DNA from: Takakia lepidozioides
Lineage: Eukaryota; Plantae; Bryophyta
DNA: 64,000 nt
Direction: 5' to 3'
Assembly: GCA_030704615.1 (NCBI GenBank)
Contig: CM060732.1
Span: 19,592,001 to 19,656,000, forward strand
Shown here: positions 62,676 to 64,000 of the stretch, one piece after another
Layout: each line of letters opens with the position of its first letter
Position numbering within the stretch: the stretch's first letter is position 1
Translations under genes and position numbers: made by a program
The notes under the pieces: model-generated
The model's input: the letters and a program-made list of their open reading frames with translations, nothing else
What the model was told of the DNA's origin: nothing
Databases searched by the model: none

Positions 62676-63000
62676 CGAAGAATCCTTGGGGGACTGTTTA
62701 TATGCGATACCTAACGGTTCAAAGAGTCCCCCAAGGACTCTTTCTGCCCGACTCCCCGTTACCTAACGGTTCAAAGAGTCCTTGGGGGACTCTTTTTCCC
62801 ATTACCTAACGGTTGGAAGAGTCATTGGGGGACTATTTTTCCCCGTTACCTAATGATTCGACGAGTCCTTGGGGGACTCTTTTTCCCCGTTACCTAACGG
62901 TTCGAAGAGTCCTCCTCGACTTAGAGCCTTTCCAAGCGAAGAAATGGTCCTTGGGGGACTCTTCGAAACGTTAGGTATCGGGGAGAAAGAGTCCCCGATA
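62676..63000. repeat. Right repeat block (AAGAGTCC-N5-GGACTCTT and TACCTAACGG motifs), inverted relative to the 54.7-kb block
   Basis: About six hairpin motifs alternating with (T)TACCTAACGG. Confidence 0.9.
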
Positions 63001-63399
63001 AAAGGTAAAGGATAATTATTTGGCTGGGCTCACAGGCTCATGTCGTGCTGCATCTTGTCACAAAGACCGCGTCTTTCGCAATTTGGGAGACATTTCGAGC
63101 TTTGGGAGATCCTCTGGATGATAAATGTGAGGTTGGATGAAAAAGGTAAAGGGCAATTATTTAGCTAGGCTCACACGTTCACGTCTGGACGCTCATGATC
63201 TAGCAATCCCCCGTCCTGAAGAGTATATGAGAAAGAAGGCGGACATCCGTATGCCTCAGGATATGAAAAACAAAAACTCATTTCCATAAATAGAATGCAG
63301 GCACAAACAAACATTCACAATATATTGAGGCAGGGGAGACCTCCCGTCCTTAAGAGTGACTTCTATGAGAAAGAAGACGGACAGCCATATGCCTCGGGA

Positions 63400-64000
63400 C
63401 GAACGAAAATCATTTGGATGGGCAACCATCCGTTGGCCCATTGAACAATTTTTGTTTTATCTCATATTACTCCGGGACCTTTTACATGGTACATTCAACA
63501 TACTGGCCAAGTCTCAAAGCGAACCTAAATCATTTCGATGGGCAACCATTCGTTGAGCCATTGAATGGATTTCGTTTCATCTCATATTAGTGCGGAACTT
63601 GTGAGAGGGTGTACCGATCATACTGGAAAAGTTTGAAAGCAAATAAAAATGATTTGGATGGGCAACCATCCATTAACCCATTCAATGAATTCTGGTTCAT
63701 CTGCTATTACTGTGGGACCTGTTGAACTGCGTCTCGCATGCACATGATTTTTTTTCCATTCTATTTTGGAATTGTATGTGTAACGACAACATATGTTACG
63801 TGCGTGCCAAATTTGGGAGTGAACAAAATTCATTTGGACACAAAACCACAGTTTCTTTCCTGTTTTGTACTCCAAACTTGATTTGTGTTCTATTACATGC
63901 AGTCTTCATAGAGAGTTCTGCAATAGTGAGCGAAGAGAACATTTCTTTTTTATTTGGTTTCATTTTTTTTTTGTCCAAAGTTTGCAGGGATGTAGCGGTG
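63400..64000. repeat. Diverged copy of the 120-bp GCAA-hairpin array and tail seen at 41205-41870
   Basis: Motifs near 63406, 63526 and 63646. The tail GTGCCAAATTTGGGAG...AAAACCACA...AACTTGATTTGTGTTCTA matches 41678-41767. Confidence 0.9.

Larger units (their letters stand above)
54701..63000. mobile_element. Putative Pack-type DNA transposon bounded by inverted subterminal repeat blocks, carrying the JmjC gene and gene fragments
   Basis: 54701-54825 aligns ungapped to the reverse complement of 62676-62800 with about 11 mismatches in 125 bp. Exact termini, TSD and transposase were not identified. Confidence 0.6.

Overview
Eukaryotic land-plant genomic DNA, probably a bryophyte or other non-seed plant (GT-AG introns, PLS-class PPR, HAK/KUP exon, tRNA-iMet-primed Ty3/gypsy; the taxon is inferred). 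Two intact host genes (a plastid-targeted Gly-rich membrane protein, 17521-19986, and Derlin-1, 22559-25989) form an island in nested, mostly decayed transposons. At left, a Mutator-like element carries a SWIM transposase (+) and a convergent Ulp1/C48 protease gene (-). The protease gene is split by a 7.5-kb insertion with an 11-bp target duplication. That insertion holds a deleted GCM-like/SWIM transposase and a ParB-like gene whose 3-kb intron is an array of about 24 16-bp-stem palindromes. The right half holds a HECT E3 pseudogene interrupted in frame by a PPR-carrying Pack-CACTA, a truncated gypsy element, 120-bp hairpin arrays, three long fold-backs, a divergent kinase pseudogene next to a CRISPR-like 16-unit palindrome array, and a coiled-coil RING gene. 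It ends with an inverted-repeat-bounded 8-kb segment carrying a KDM3/IBM1-type JmjC H3K9 demethylase gene and a captured HAK/KUP exon. The recurring theme is chromatin and ubiquitin/SUMO enzymes in mobile DNA, several beside their own palindrome array. This suggests an undescribed VANC-like anti-silencing system, which remains a hypothesis.
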